From contig JBBAAS010000001.1 of assembly GCA_041658125.1 (NCBI GenBank), positions 15,917 to 79,916 of the forward strand: a DNA stretch of 64,000 nucleotides. Direction: 5' to 3'. Positions within the stretch are counted from its first letter, which is position 1. Every line of letters begins with the position of its first letter. Positions 18,689 to 28,649 of this stretch are shown piece after piece. Both the position numbers and the translations under genes were made by a program. The notes below the pieces were generated by a model. It was given only the letters and a program-made list of their open reading frames with translations, had not been told where the DNA came from and ran no database searches. The DNA comes from Candidatus Shapirobacteria bacterium. GTDB lineage: Bacteria > Patescibacteriota > Microgenomatia > UBA12405.

Positions 18689-18703
18689 AGAATTTGGAGA
18701 TTT

Positions 18704-19984
18704 ATGATAATTTTGAAAAAGGTAGCAGTAATTGGATTAGGATATGTAGGATTGCCGACGTTGGTGGCTATTCATAAAACCGGTAAATACCAAGTAGTGG
18801 GTTTTGATATTGATAAAAAAAAGATAAAGAATATGAAAAATGGGATATCCCCGATTGAAGATGAGAATGTTGTTAAGGCGATAAGGAAAAAATCTCTTTT
18901 GGTTACAGATGATGAAAACGATTTGCGTGATAGCGATGTTTTCTTAATATGTGTGCCGACGCCGGTTTTTTCAGACTATTCCCCTGATTACGGTCCGGTG
19001 GAATCAGCGACAAAAGTTTGTGCGAAATACTTAAAGAAAGGTTGTCACTTTGTTTTGGAATCAACGGTAAATCCGGGGACTTGTGAAGAGATAGTAAAGC
19101 CAATTTTAGAGAGTGTAAGTGGTTTGACGGCGGGGAAAGATTTTAATGTTGCCCATTGTCCCGAAAGAATAAATCCCGGCGACAAAAAGTGGAATATATA
19201 TAACATTAACCGAAACATAGGGTCTATTAATAGCGAATGGAATGGAATTATCGCTGATTTTTATAGAAGTTTTGTCACTGATGCCAAAATTAACGAAGTG
19301 AGTTGTTTGAAAGTAGCAGAGTCGACAAAAATTGTGGAAAATACTTTTAGGGATATTAACATTGCTTATGTTAATGAATTGGCACAATCGTTTGACGCGA
19401 TGGACATTGATTTGCATGAGACTTTAATGGCGGCCTCAAACAAACCCTTTGCTTTTATGGTTCATTGGCCGGGTTGTGGAGTCGGTGGACATTGTATTGC
19501 GGTGGATCCTTATTACTTGATAAAGAGGGCGGGGTTAGCCGGTTTTAATCATCGGTTTTTAAAGATTGCTCGGGAGATTAATAATAGTATGCCGGAGTAT
19601 GCGGTGAACAAATTGATGCTGGGATTAAATGAAATGGGATTATCGGTTAAGGGAACAAAAATTACTCTTTTGGGATTAAGTTATAAGGCAAACGTTGGTG
19701 ACTTAAGGGAAAGTCCGGCGTTGGAAATTGAAAAATGTTTACGGAAGCTTGGGGCCGATTTAATTGTTTATGATCCGTATGTCGATAATGGGATAAAAAA
19801 TTTAAGAGAAGCAATAAAAGATTCAAAAGCAATCGTATTGGCAACTGCACACAAAATATTTGTTGAAGAGTTGTTGGATAAATTAAAAAATAGTAAGGTA
19901 AGATTAATTATTGATGGAAGAAACTGTTTAGACAGCGGTAAAATTAAAAAATTAAAAATAATTTATAAAGGAATTGGAAGATGA
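18704..19984 (+). CDS. Nucleotide-sugar dehydrogenase (UDP-HexNAc 6-dehydrogenase, WecC/WbpA/TviB family)
   Basis: VIGLGYVGLP, CVPTP, ESTVNPG, PERINPG, KIVENTFRDINIA, PGCGVGGHCIAVDP, DLRESPA. Confidence 0.93.
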   Translation: MIILKKVAVIGLGYVGLPTLVAIHKTGKYQVVGFDIDKKKIKNMKNGISPIEDENVVKAIRKKSLLVTDDENDLRDSDVFLICVPTPVFSDYSPDYGPVESATKVCAKYLKKGCHFVLESTVNPGTCEEIVKPILESVSGLTAGKDFNVAHCPERINPGDKKWNIYNINRNIGSINSEWNGIIADFYRSFVTDAKINEVSCLKVAESTKIVENTFRDINIAYVNELAQSFDAMDIDLHETLMAASNKPFAFMVHWPGCGVGGHCIAVDPYYLIKRAGLAGFNHRFLKIAREINNSMPEYAVNKLMLGLNEMGLSVKGTKITLLGLSYKANVGDLRESPALEIEKCLRKLGADLIVYDPYVDNGIKNLREAIKDSKAIVLATAHKIFVEELLDKLKNSKVRLIIDGRNCLDSGKIKKLKIIYKGIGR

Positions 19985-20025
19985 AAAAATTAGTGGTTAT
20001 GATTCCGGCTTATAACGAGCGATGA
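19981..20025 (+). pseudogene. Truncated GT2 5' remnant (14 codons)
   Basis: The ATG overlaps the dehydrogenase stop (ATGA) and reads MKKLVVMIPAYNER*, the classic GT2 N-terminal IPAYNE motif, then stops. Confidence 0.75.
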
Positions 20026-20034
20026 CGAGTAGCA

Positions 20035-21306
20035 TCAATAGCTTTTACTAACTATAAAAACATAATTAGTTGTAGCTGAACCGCCAATATTTAACATCAT
20101 GGAATTATTGGTATTTTTGACTTGGTAACTACCTGCAGTATTTGTAATTTGTTTATGTAAATCTAGCAACATTCTGACTCCGGTAGCTCCGACTGGATGG
20201 CCACATCCGATTAGTCCTCCGCTAGGATTAATTGGATTTTTACCATTAAATTTAATTGAGCCGTTTTCAACGGCCTCATACTCCTTGCCGGGTTTGGTTA
20301 TACCAAAAGCAGAGATAGCGGCATATTCGCTGGAAGTGAAACAATCATGAGTCTCATATAAATCAATGTCATTTTCTTTAAGGTTGGACCGTTTTAGAGC
20401 ATCCAAGACAGTTTGTCTTGTCCAGGGTAATACAAAAGCTTGATCTTGTGATTCTTTTATTTTTTCGGAAAATTGGACAGGGGCAACCCGATGTCCCCAA
20501 CCGATTATTTCAGAAAAATTTTTATTGGTTAAGTTTCTTTTGGTTTTGTAATTTTGTAAATATTTTTTAGAGGATAAAATTACAACTGCAGCGCCATCAG
20601 TAACTTGAGAACAGTCGGCAACGGCAAGTTTACCGCCGACCAACATATTATTTTTAGTATTGCGATTATTGGCATGTTCTTTATTCATGAACCAACTTCT
20701 TGTTTGAGCATTTGGATTATTTTTAGCATTACTGTAATTAATTGCTGAAATCTCGGCTAAACAATCCAAATATTTTTTTTCATCTAAGGAATATTTTTTT
20801 ATGTAAATATCAGCTAATTGACCAAAAAGTTTTGGAAAGGGAAAAGAAATACCTTTAGCCTCTTTATCGTAGTAAGCGGCGGTTCCTAAATAATCTCCAC
20901 AGAGGGCTGAATTGACAGTTTTCATTAATTCAATACCCAAAACTATAGCGACATCGTAATCCCCTGCCCTTATCTTTGAAGAAGCGGAATCGATGGCGAC
21001 TGAACCAGAGGCACAAGCGGCTTCATATCTGGCACTGGGGATGCCATAAAAAGAAGGATTAATTTCGGTAAAAAAAGCACCTAAATGGCCTTGGTTGAAG
21101 TATTGTTCACCATCGAAGTTACCAACAAAGAGACCAATTTTATTTTGTTTATTGAGGGAGAAAATTTCTTTATAGTCCAAGTTGGTATTTAGAAGAGTAT
21201 CTTCAACCACTTCCCGCATCATTGCTAAAAAAGTTTTGCCTTCTTTAACCCAATTTCTTTGAAAGTCTGTTTGAGAACCACCAATTATATAGACGGGGTT
21301 TTTCAT
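20035..21306 (-). CDS. Acetyl-CoA acetyltransferase (thiolase, SCP2-type with HDCF motif)
   Basis: [50 protein letters not shown]. Confidence 0.93.
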   Translation of the reverse strand: MKNPVYIIGGSQTDFQRNWVKEGKTFLAMMREVVEDTLLNTNLDYKEIFSLNKQNKIGLFVGNFDGEQYFNQGHLGAFFTEINPSFYGIPSARYEAACASGSVAIDSASSKIRAGDYDVAIVLGIELMKTVNSALCGDYLGTAAYYDKEAKGISFPFPKLFGQLADIYIKKYSLDEKKYLDCLAEISAINYSNAKNNPNAQTRSWFMNKEHANNRNTKNNMLVGGKLAVADCSQVTDGAAVVILSSKKYLQNYKTKRNLTNKNFSEIIGWGHRVAPVQFSEKIKESQDQAFVLPWTRQTVLDALKRSNLKENDIDLYETHDCFTSSEYAAISAFGITKPGKEYEAVENGSIKFNGKNPINPSGGLIGCGHPVGATGVRMLLDLHKQITNTAGSYQVKNTNNSMMLNIGGSATTNYVFIVSKSY

Positions 21307-21307
21307 A

Positions 21308-22603
21308 TTAGTTTGCTTTTATATAATTGCGAAAATCTAATTCGTTTTGTAGAGTATAAAATTTTGTTTTTTCAGAGTGTTGTGCGATTTCTTCTGGAAC
21401 TGATAGTTTATATTGTTTAATTAATTTAATTGCTTCTTTTTTGCCGCCTATTAGGTCAATTAAAGCACATGGCGGCAACCAGTTAAATCCATAAGCCATT
21501 ACCCTATCAAGATCCTCTTTATTTTTTACAACCGGTCTTATTAAAGATAGGGAATAACTAATATATCGGGCGAAAAAATATTTAATAATTTCTGATTCAA
21601 AAGTTTTAGTTTTTAACAGTAGTTCAAAAGCTTTGTTGTATTCTCCATTTGAGATTTTTTCTTTAACTTGATCGATAAATTCAATATTAAATTTTGGAAT
21701 TGGTTCATATATTTTTTTATTGATATTAAAAACTAATCTTTGATCACCTTCTTTTTTATAAAAACCTTGCCCACATTTATCACCTAAAGAATTATTTGAA
21801 ATTAAATATTCAACAAATTCAGGCATTTTATATGATTCATGGGCATAGTCGTTGGTTAGATTATAAATATTATTTACGATTGCTTTATGAACATCGAGGC
21901 CGACAAGATCAATGGTAGCGATTGGCGGTAAGCTTCGACCGGTAAACCCCCCTAATAATTTGTCCATAAGAGCAATTCCTCCTTCTTTTTGGTATTTTTG
22001 GGCAAACTGAAGGGTTTCATTAAGTAGCTGGAATCCGATTCTATTGCCAGCAAATCCTGGAGTGTCGTTAACAATAACAACTTTACGGTGTAAAGTTGTT
22101 TGTAAATAATCGAATAGTTCTTTTTGAATTTCGGGATCAGAATTCGGCCCGGCAATTAATTCACAAAGGATCATTTTGTATGGTGGGTTATAGAAATGGG
22201 TGCCGAAATAATGTCTTTGTTGGGTGGGAGTGAAACATTTTGATAATTCGGTAATGGAAAGACCGGAAGAAACGGTAGAGATAATGGTATTGTTTTTGGT
22301 TAATAAAGATATCTTGTGGTTTATTTGTTTTTTGAGTTCTAGATCTTCGGACGTAAGTTCGAAAACCCAATCACTTTCAGACAGACATTCTTTTAGATCA
22401 TCGTAAGTTTTAGGAATAAGTTGATCTTTAATAACATCAGATTTGATGGAGTCAACGGCGATATCAATTCCCTCTTGAGCTTTTTCTAAAGAACGGGCGA
22501 TCATAAATATTTTGGCATTGCCGAAACCAGCGATAATACCAGCGCAATGAGAGCCCATAGCACCGTTGGCGCCGAGAATAGTGACGGTTTTAATCAGAAT
22601 CAT
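21308..22603 (-). CDS. 3-hydroxyacyl-CoA dehydrogenase (NAD-binding)
   Basis: LGANGAMG Rossmann motif, [40 protein letters not shown]. Confidence 0.9.
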   Translation of the reverse strand: MILIKTVTILGANGAMGSHCAGIIAGFGNAKIFMIARSLEKAQEGIDIAVDSIKSDVIKDQLIPKTYDDLKECLSESDWVFELTSEDLELKKQINHKISLLTKNNTIISTVSSGLSITELSKCFTPTQQRHYFGTHFYNPPYKMILCELIAGPNSDPEIQKELFDYLQTTLHRKVVIVNDTPGFAGNRIGFQLLNETLQFAQKYQKEGGIALMDKLLGGFTGRSLPPIATIDLVGLDVHKAIVNNIYNLTNDYAHESYKMPEFVEYLISNNSLGDKCGQGFYKKEGDQRLVFNINKKIYEPIPKFNIEFIDQVKEKISNGEYNKAFELLLKTKTFESEIIKYFFARYISYSLSLIRPVVKNKEDLDRVMAYGFNWLPPCALIDLIGGKKEAIKLIKQYKLSVPEEIAQHSEKTKFYTLQNELDFRNYIKAN

Positions 22604-22610
22604 TTGATTT

Positions 22611-23429
22611 TTATATTTTGGGAAAATGGTAATACTGTTTGAAAGAAGTGGTAGGAAAATCTTTGAGAATAGTTTTCAGTTTATTCAATGTTCTATTGAT
22701 ATTGTAATAGTGAATAAAATATTCTTTGGGTGGTAATTTTATTCTTGGCTGGAGAAGATCAATTTCCCGGGGATGAATATAAAAGATTACCGGTTGTTTT
22801 TGTTGATTTATTTTATGGGTAAAATATTTTATAAAGATAGAAGGGAAACAACGCAAATAAAAACCACCAGAAAATGGAATCCTTTTACGGAAGATTTGAT
22901 AGGTAGAAGGAGGAATTTCTAATATGCCCCCGATAGTACTTTGAAATTGGTCGGCATGATTATCTCCGTAAAGAAAAGTTTTAAAAGGGAAGATACTAGA
23001 TGAATATTTGAAACCATAATTTTTTAAAGTTTGCCAAAACCAGGGAGTTCGATTCTGATCAACGGACCATGCTGGAGCACGATAGCCAATTATTTTTTGG
23101 TGAGTTAAGTTCTCAAGAATATCTTTTGATTCTTTTACATCGTTTTCAAATTGTTTTTGGCTCATGTTGTAAATAAAGTTATGATGGAGTGTGTGACAAG
23201 CAATTTCATGTCCCTGTTTAAAAATTTCTTTGATTAGCTGTGGGTGTTTTTGGGCAATCTCACCGACGACAAAAAAGGTACCAAAATTATTGCTTTGTTT
23301 AAGCAATTTTAATATTTTTTCAGTTGGATCTAAAATTCTGAAGTCGTTGGTTTTTATGGATCGCCCTTCTGGTGAGGAATGATACCAGTCCTCTAGATCT
23401 ACAGAAAAGATATTTGTATACTGCTTCAT
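22611..23429 (-). CDS. Polysaccharide deacetylase (CE4, DUF3473/PEP-CTERM-associated type)
   Basis: SVDLEDWY, TFFVVG, GHEIACH, GYRAPAWS, SGGFYLR, FYIHPREID. Confidence 0.92.
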   Translation of the reverse strand: MKQYTNIFSVDLEDWYHSSPEGRSIKTNDFRILDPTEKILKLLKQSNNFGTFFVVGEIAQKHPQLIKEIFKQGHEIACHTLHHNFIYNMSQKQFENDVKESKDILENLTHQKIIGYRAPAWSVDQNRTPWFWQTLKNYGFKYSSSIFPFKTFLYGDNHADQFQSTIGGILEIPPSTYQIFRKRIPFSGGFYLRCFPSIFIKYFTHKINQQKQPVIFYIHPREIDLLQPRIKLPPKEYFIHYYNINRTLNKLKTILKDFPTTSFKQYYHFPKI

Positions 23430-23490
23430 TGAGCTTTAGATAGGTATGTGATAAATTATTTCAAGCATTTTTAAGCTTTATTGATGGAAT

Positions 23491-24567
23491 ATGATAACAA
23501 ATAATAAATTTTCGTGGTGTGTTGGCGATTACCAGAGAAAGTATAAAAAAAGTATATTGGGACTATTTAAAAAGGAATATCCAGAATCAGTACTTTGGAA
23601 AGATGAATTTTTTGAGTGGCAACATTTTAAAAATCCGGCTGGAGAATCAATAATTAAACTGGCGATAAATACCAAAGAAGAAGTGGTGGGTTTTTATTGT
23701 GTTTTATTGCAGGATTATTTTATCAACAGAAAACTGTTTCACGGATCAATTTCTTTGAGTACGTTGGTTCGAGAGGATTATAGGGGTATGGGTATTTTTA
23801 CAATATTAGCTCAGGAATGTTACAAAGAGTGTTTTAAAAGAGGTGTCAAGTTTACTTTAGGTTTTCCGAATCAAAATTCATACCCCGGTTTTATTAGAAA
23901 ATTGGGGTTCTTAAATTTGGGTGAATTACCGCTTCTCATAAAACCTTATAGATTGAGTAATTTGGTAGCAGAGAAGCTAAATAGTGGGGTGATGGGGATG
24001 ATGGTGCGGCCAATTGATTTTCTAATAAATTTATTTAATAAAGATAGTTGCTGTGGATTGAGTGAGGATATGACCGATTCATTTCATGATTTGTTTTGGA
24101 GAAAGGCAAGAAAAAAATACCAGATAGTAGCAAATCGGGATGCAAGATTTATTGATTGGAGAACAAAATGGCCAGAAAGAAAATATAAATATTTTTGTGT
24201 CAAAAAAAATAACAAGATTGAAGGATACATAATACTTGGATTATTGGGAACAAAGAATGTAAAAAACGGTTTAATTGTGGATTTTGTGGTTAATGATTCA
24301 TCTGACGCCCAAAGTATTGGAAATGATCTACTGAAGGAAACTAATCATTACTGGAAAATGGAAAATGTTGATCAAGCAGGTTGTTTAATATCGAAAAATT
24401 CCTTTGAATTTAAGTTGTTGAGGAAAAACGGTTATTTTATTTGCCCAAATTTTTTAAAACCTCAACCAATGGTGGCTGTCTTTAAATGGCACGGAAATGA
24501 TTGTCCCTTAGAAGTGTCTGATCTTCAAAAATGGTATATTACCACGATTGATTATGATGTGGCGTAA
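23491..24567 (+). CDS. GNAT-family N-acyltransferase (two-domain)
   Basis: WQHFKNPAG, TLVREDYRGMGIF (acyl-CoA motif A), GFPNQNS, terminal DYD. Confidence 0.85.
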   Translation: MITNNKFSWCVGDYQRKYKKSILGLFKKEYPESVLWKDEFFEWQHFKNPAGESIIKLAINTKEEVVGFYCVLLQDYFINRKLFHGSISLSTLVREDYRGMGIFTILAQECYKECFKRGVKFTLGFPNQNSYPGFIRKLGFLNLGELPLLIKPYRLSNLVAEKLNSGVMGMMVRPIDFLINLFNKDSCCGLSEDMTDSFHDLFWRKARKKYQIVANRDARFIDWRTKWPERKYKYFCVKKNNKIEGYIILGLLGTKNVKNGLIVDFVVNDSSDAQSIGNDLLKETNHYWKMENVDQAGCLISKNSFEFKLLRKNGYFICPNFLKPQPMVAVFKWHGNDCPLEVSDLQKWYITTIDYDVA

Positions 24568-24584
24568 AAAGTAAAAACAAAAAT

Positions 24585-26057
24585 ATGAAAGTGCTTTTAG
24601 TTACACCCCCATTTTATAGAATTCTGGGGATTTACAATCGGTATTTTCCATTAGGAATTACTCAATTGGGTACTGTTTTAAAAGATAAAGGATATAAAGT
24701 AGCAGTTTATGATGCTGATTATTATTCTGATCCGGACACGATTGATTATTCGCGTATCTCAGATAAGTTTCCCACTTATTTAAAATCTTTTAAAGAAAAG
24801 AACCAAATTTGGAGTGAAGTAATTGAAAACATAAAAAAATGGAAACCAGACGTAGTCGGAATATCCGCTTATACCACTTTTGCTGCTTCGGCTTTTCATT
24901 TAGCAAAATTAGTAAAGGAAAATATTGAAAACTGCAAGGTGATAATGGGTGGACCACATGCGACTGTCAGAGCTGAGGAAATTTTAGAAATTTGTCCTGA
25001 GGTAGATTATGTGGTCAGGGGTGAGGCAGAAGAGACAATGATTGAACTAATGAACCATGTTACTGGAAGGAAAAATGACGTAGAGAGTATTTCGGGAGTG
25101 TCTTTTAGAAAAGGGAAAAAGATTGTCTCGAATGGAGACAGATTGCAACCTAAAAATCTAGATAATTACCCTATGTTGAATAGATCTTTATTGATGAATA
25201 AAAATAAGTTATCATCGGAAGATATGGGTTTAATTATGACTAGCAGAGGTTGTCCGTATAGGTGTACATATTGTGCTTCAACAAAAGGAATTAGATATCG
25301 ATCGATAGGTAGTGTTATGGAGGAAGTCGAGGCTGTTTTTGAGAAATATGGGACGAGACAATTTACTTTTAAAGACGACTCTTTTACTGTAGACAGAAGC
25401 CGAGTGGTTGATTTGTGTAACCGTTTAATACAATGGAAGGTTAAAATAAATTGGGAATGTAACACGAGAGTTAATTTGGTAGATGAAGAACTACTGCGCT
25501 TGATGAAGAAGGCTGGGTGTAATTTTGTTAAAGTGGGAGTCGAGACTGGATCAGCTAGGGTACTTAAAATGATGAATAAGGGAATTAGTTTGGATCAGGT
25601 AAGGTCAGCATCAAAATTGTTTAGAAAGGTTGGATTACACTGGACTGGGTATTTTATGATGGGAGTGGTGGGGGAAACAGAGAAGGATATTCAGAAAACT
25701 GTGGATTTTATGCACGAAATAAAGCCAAACTTGGGTGTTATCGCGGTTTACGAGGCTTTTCCGGGAACTGTAATGTTTGAGGAAGGTTTAAAAAAAAGGT
25801 TGTATAGAGAAAATATGAGCTTGGAAGATTTTTATTCCATGGCTCCAGATAGTTATTATAAGGTTGATCCGAGAGTACAAAATGAAAAAATAACCCCGAA
25901 GAGATTTGAAATTATAAAAAAAGAAGTTAATAAAGAATTTCATCAACAAAACATGATGGTAGGAAATGTGATGGCGATGGCCAGGTCTAAAATAAGAGTT
26001 TATTACAGGGATCCAAAGATATTTTTTGATGATGTAAAAAAGATGTTAAGCTATTGA
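24585..26057 (+). CDS. Cobalamin-binding radical SAM enzyme
   Basis: PLG, GGPHAT, VRGEAE (B12 domain), TSRGCPYRCTYC, DDSF, GVETGS. Confidence 0.93.
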   Translation: MKVLLVTPPFYRILGIYNRYFPLGITQLGTVLKDKGYKVAVYDADYYSDPDTIDYSRISDKFPTYLKSFKEKNQIWSEVIENIKKWKPDVVGISAYTTFAASAFHLAKLVKENIENCKVIMGGPHATVRAEEILEICPEVDYVVRGEAEETMIELMNHVTGRKNDVESISGVSFRKGKKIVSNGDRLQPKNLDNYPMLNRSLLMNKNKLSSEDMGLIMTSRGCPYRCTYCASTKGIRYRSIGSVMEEVEAVFEKYGTRQFTFKDDSFTVDRSRVVDLCNRLIQWKVKINWECNTRVNLVDEELLRLMKKAGCNFVKVGVETGSARVLKMMNKGISLDQVRSASKLFRKVGLHWTGYFMMGVVGETEKDIQKTVDFMHEIKPNLGVIAVYEAFPGTVMFEEGLKKRLYRENMSLEDFYSMAPDSYYKVDPRVQNEKITPKRFEIIKKEVNKEFHQQNMMVGNVMAMARSKIRVYYRDPKIFFDDVKKMLSY

Positions 26058-26058
26058 T

Positions 26059-26790
26059 ATGATTTTTAGAAAAGTTTTGATCTTGATACCGGCGTACAAT
26101 GAAGAGGCAAATATTGCGACTACTATAGCGAATATAAAAAAATTTACGAAAGGGAAAGGCTGGGATATTTTAGTTGTAGATGATGGGTCAAAAGATAAAA
26201 CATATTTAAAAGCAAAAAAGTGTGAGGTTATTGTAGTTCGCCATCCTTTTAATATGGGGTATGGGGTAGCAATACAAACCGGTTATAAGTTTGCTATTGA
26301 TGGAGGATATGACATACTGGTTCAAATTGATGCAGATGGTCAGCATGATCCCAAATATATTCCTAAGATGATCAATACATTACGAAGGGAGAAATTGGAT
26401 GTGGTCATTGGATCAAGATTTCGAAAAAAAACTGATTATCATGCGCCTTTTATGAGAAGATTGGGGATGATACTGTTTAGTTTGATTGTCAGTGCTGTAA
26501 CTCGTAGAAAAGTTACTGATTCGACGTCCGGCTATCAGGTTATTGATAAAAAAGTGTTGAATTTCTTGTCATCTGATTCTTTTCCTTGTGATTATCCGGA
26601 CGCTGACCTGTTAATTATGTTATATTTTGCCGGATTTAAAGTGGATGAAATACCCATGAAAATGTATGAAAATAAAACAGGAAAATCAATGCATGGTAGT
26701 CTCATCAAAAATTTCTATTATGTAATGAAAATGTCTTTATCGATTTTAACGATTGTTCTTAGAAAAGTTACAGGTTTACCAAGTTTTTAA
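26059..26790 (+). CDS. GT2, polyprenol-phosphate glycosyltransferase (DPM/DPG synthase-like)
   Basis: IPAYNEE, VDDGSKD, NMGYG, DADGQH, VIGSRF, TDSTSGY. Confidence 0.92.
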   Translation: MIFRKVLILIPAYNEEANIATTIANIKKFTKGKGWDILVVDDGSKDKTYLKAKKCEVIVVRHPFNMGYGVAIQTGYKFAIDGGYDILVQIDADGQHDPKYIPKMINTLRREKLDVVIGSRFRKKTDYHAPFMRRLGMILFSLIVSAVTRRKVTDSTSGYQVIDKKVLNFLSSDSFPCDYPDADLLIMLYFAGFKVDEIPMKMYENKTGKSMHGSLIKNFYYVMKMSLSILTIVLRKVTGLPSF

Positions 26791-26792
26791 AT

Positions 26793-27143
26793 ATGCCACT
26801 GGTACAAAAACTATTTTTCTATATTGTAGCCATGTTTTTATTGATGTTAATACTTAACTTAGTGAGAAAGCGAAAGTTGAGAGAAAATTATAGCTTATTG
26901 TGGATTTTCATATCTTTGGTGTTGATATTAATAGTTTTACTTTATCCTTGGTTGGTAAAATTTTCTAACTTATTTTTGGCTAATCCGACATCAATGATAA
27001 TGTTTTGTGGTATGGTAGCTTTATTATTATTAATATTACAGTTATGTTTAATGAATTCAGTTCAGGCGACACAGATAAAAAATTTAGTGCAAAAAATTAC
27101 TCTTTTAGAAGAAAAGGTTAAAAATGTATCTAAGAAAAAGTGA
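26793..27143 (+). CDS. DUF2304-family small membrane protein
   Basis: 116 aa, 3 TM, VRKRKLRENYSLLW, C-terminal LVQKITLLE. Directly follows a DPM-like GT2, the usual context. Confidence 0.85.
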   Translation: MPLVQKLFFYIVAMFLLMLILNLVRKRKLRENYSLLWIFISLVLILIVLLYPWLVKFSNLFLANPTSMIMFCGMVALLLLILQLCLMNSVQATQIKNLVQKITLLEEKVKNVSKKK

Positions 27144-27191
27144 TTTGATTTATTTATAGACTTTAATGGTTTATATTGGTTAAATATAAGA

Positions 27192-28637
27192 ATGGATAAT
27201 AAAAATAATAATAGAGTTTATTTACTTTATCCTCCTATTTCAAAGAAAGAAAGATACTCGTCGGATTTGGGTAGTGCGGGAGGAGAACAAATTCCCTTGG
27301 GAATTTTTTGTTTGGCTGCTTATTTAAGAGAAAAAGGGTATGAAATGGCGGTTACTGATGGAGAGTCTGAAAAATTAACGACAAAACAAATAACAAGACA
27401 AATTAAAAAATTTGATCCATTTGTAGTTGGAATAAGTTCGACTACGGTTGCTTTTCACAGGGCGTTGGAAATGGCGAAATTAATAAAGAAAAAGTTTCCT
27501 AAAGTAATAATTTTAATTGGGGGTCCTCACGTAACATCAAATTATAAGGATGCTTTATCATTTGGTGTATTTGATTATGGTGTTTTAAGGGAAGGTGAAA
27601 TCACAACAGTTGAATTGTTAAAGACCATAAAGGGCAAGGGTAAAATTGAAGAAGTAAAAGGAATAGCTTATAAAAAAGATGGAAAAGTTATTGTTAATGA
27701 ACCCAGAGAGTACATTAAAAACTTAGATGAATTGCCGTTTCCCGCATATGATTTGATTGAGGATATAAATTTATATACACCTGATTTGTCAAATTATATG
27801 TCAACGCCGGTGGTTAATATTATGACAAGTCGCGGTTGTCCGAATCAGTGTACTTTTTGTGATAGAGCTGTATTTGGTCAGTTTTATAGAGAAATGTCGG
27901 CAGAAAGAGTAGTAGAATTAATAAAATATTTAGTGGAAAGATATAAAGTTCGAGAGATCGATTTTGTTGATGATACTTTCTTGATTAATAAATTACGATT
28001 TAAAAAAATCTTTCGATTACTAAAGGAAGAAGGAATTAAATTTTACTGGACATGTACAAGTAGAGTTAACGTTGTCGATTACGAGATTTTGAAATTGGCT
28101 AAAGAAACCGGTTGTTGGCACATTGCTTTTGGAATTGAGTCGGGTGACGAGGGTATTTTGAAACTGATTAAAAAGAATATTACTATGGAACAAGTGAGAA
28201 AGGCGTTGGGATGGTGTAAAGAACTTGGGATTAAGAGTAAGGGTTACTTTATTGTAGGCCATCCAGGCGATACTTTGGAAACAATAAATAAAACAATTAA
28301 ATTGGCTTATAACTTGCCTTTAGATGATATATTAGTAACCATAAATACGCCAATTCCGGGGTCACCCCAATATTATTTTATTAAGGAATATGGGGATTTT
28401 GATGAGTCTGATTGGTCTAAATTCAATTGTTGGAGGCCGGTGTTTATTCCTAAGGGATTAACGAAAGAAATACTTTTGAAAAAACAAAGGGAAATGTATC
28501 GAAAGTTTTATGTAAGGCCAAGAATTATATGGCGATATTTAAGGGGTACCTTGGGTCGAGGTGGGATGAAGAGGTTAAAATCATTAATGGGAGCGGCTAA
28601 ATATCTGATGTCTAAACCGAACCTGGAGGGTTTATAA
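27192..28637 (+). CDS. Cobalamin-binding radical SAM enzyme
   Basis: PLGIFCLAAYL, GGPHVT, EGEIT, TSRGCPNQCTFC, DDTF, GIESGD. Confidence 0.93.
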   Translation: MDNKNNNRVYLLYPPISKKERYSSDLGSAGGEQIPLGIFCLAAYLREKGYEMAVTDGESEKLTTKQITRQIKKFDPFVVGISSTTVAFHRALEMAKLIKKKFPKVIILIGGPHVTSNYKDALSFGVFDYGVLREGEITTVELLKTIKGKGKIEEVKGIAYKKDGKVIVNEPREYIKNLDELPFPAYDLIEDINLYTPDLSNYMSTPVVNIMTSRGCPNQCTFCDRAVFGQFYREMSAERVVELIKYLVERYKVREIDFVDDTFLINKLRFKKIFRLLKEEGIKFYWTCTSRVNVVDYEILKLAKETGCWHIAFGIESGDEGILKLIKKNITMEQVRKALGWCKELGIKSKGYFIVGHPGDTLETINKTIKLAYNLPLDDILVTINTPIPGSPQYYFIKEYGDFDESDWSKFNCWRPVFIPKGLTKEILLKKQREMYRKFYVRPRIIWRYLRGTLGRGGMKRLKSLMGAAKYLMSKPNLEGL

Positions 28638-28649
28638 CCGTAAGTTTAT

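Noticed and set aside
20035-22603. Thiolase and dehydrogenase as a beta-oxidation or PHA operon
   Set aside because: No hydratase, acyl-CoA dehydrogenase, ligase or PHA synthase is in the window. Such genes elsewhere in the genome cannot be excluded.
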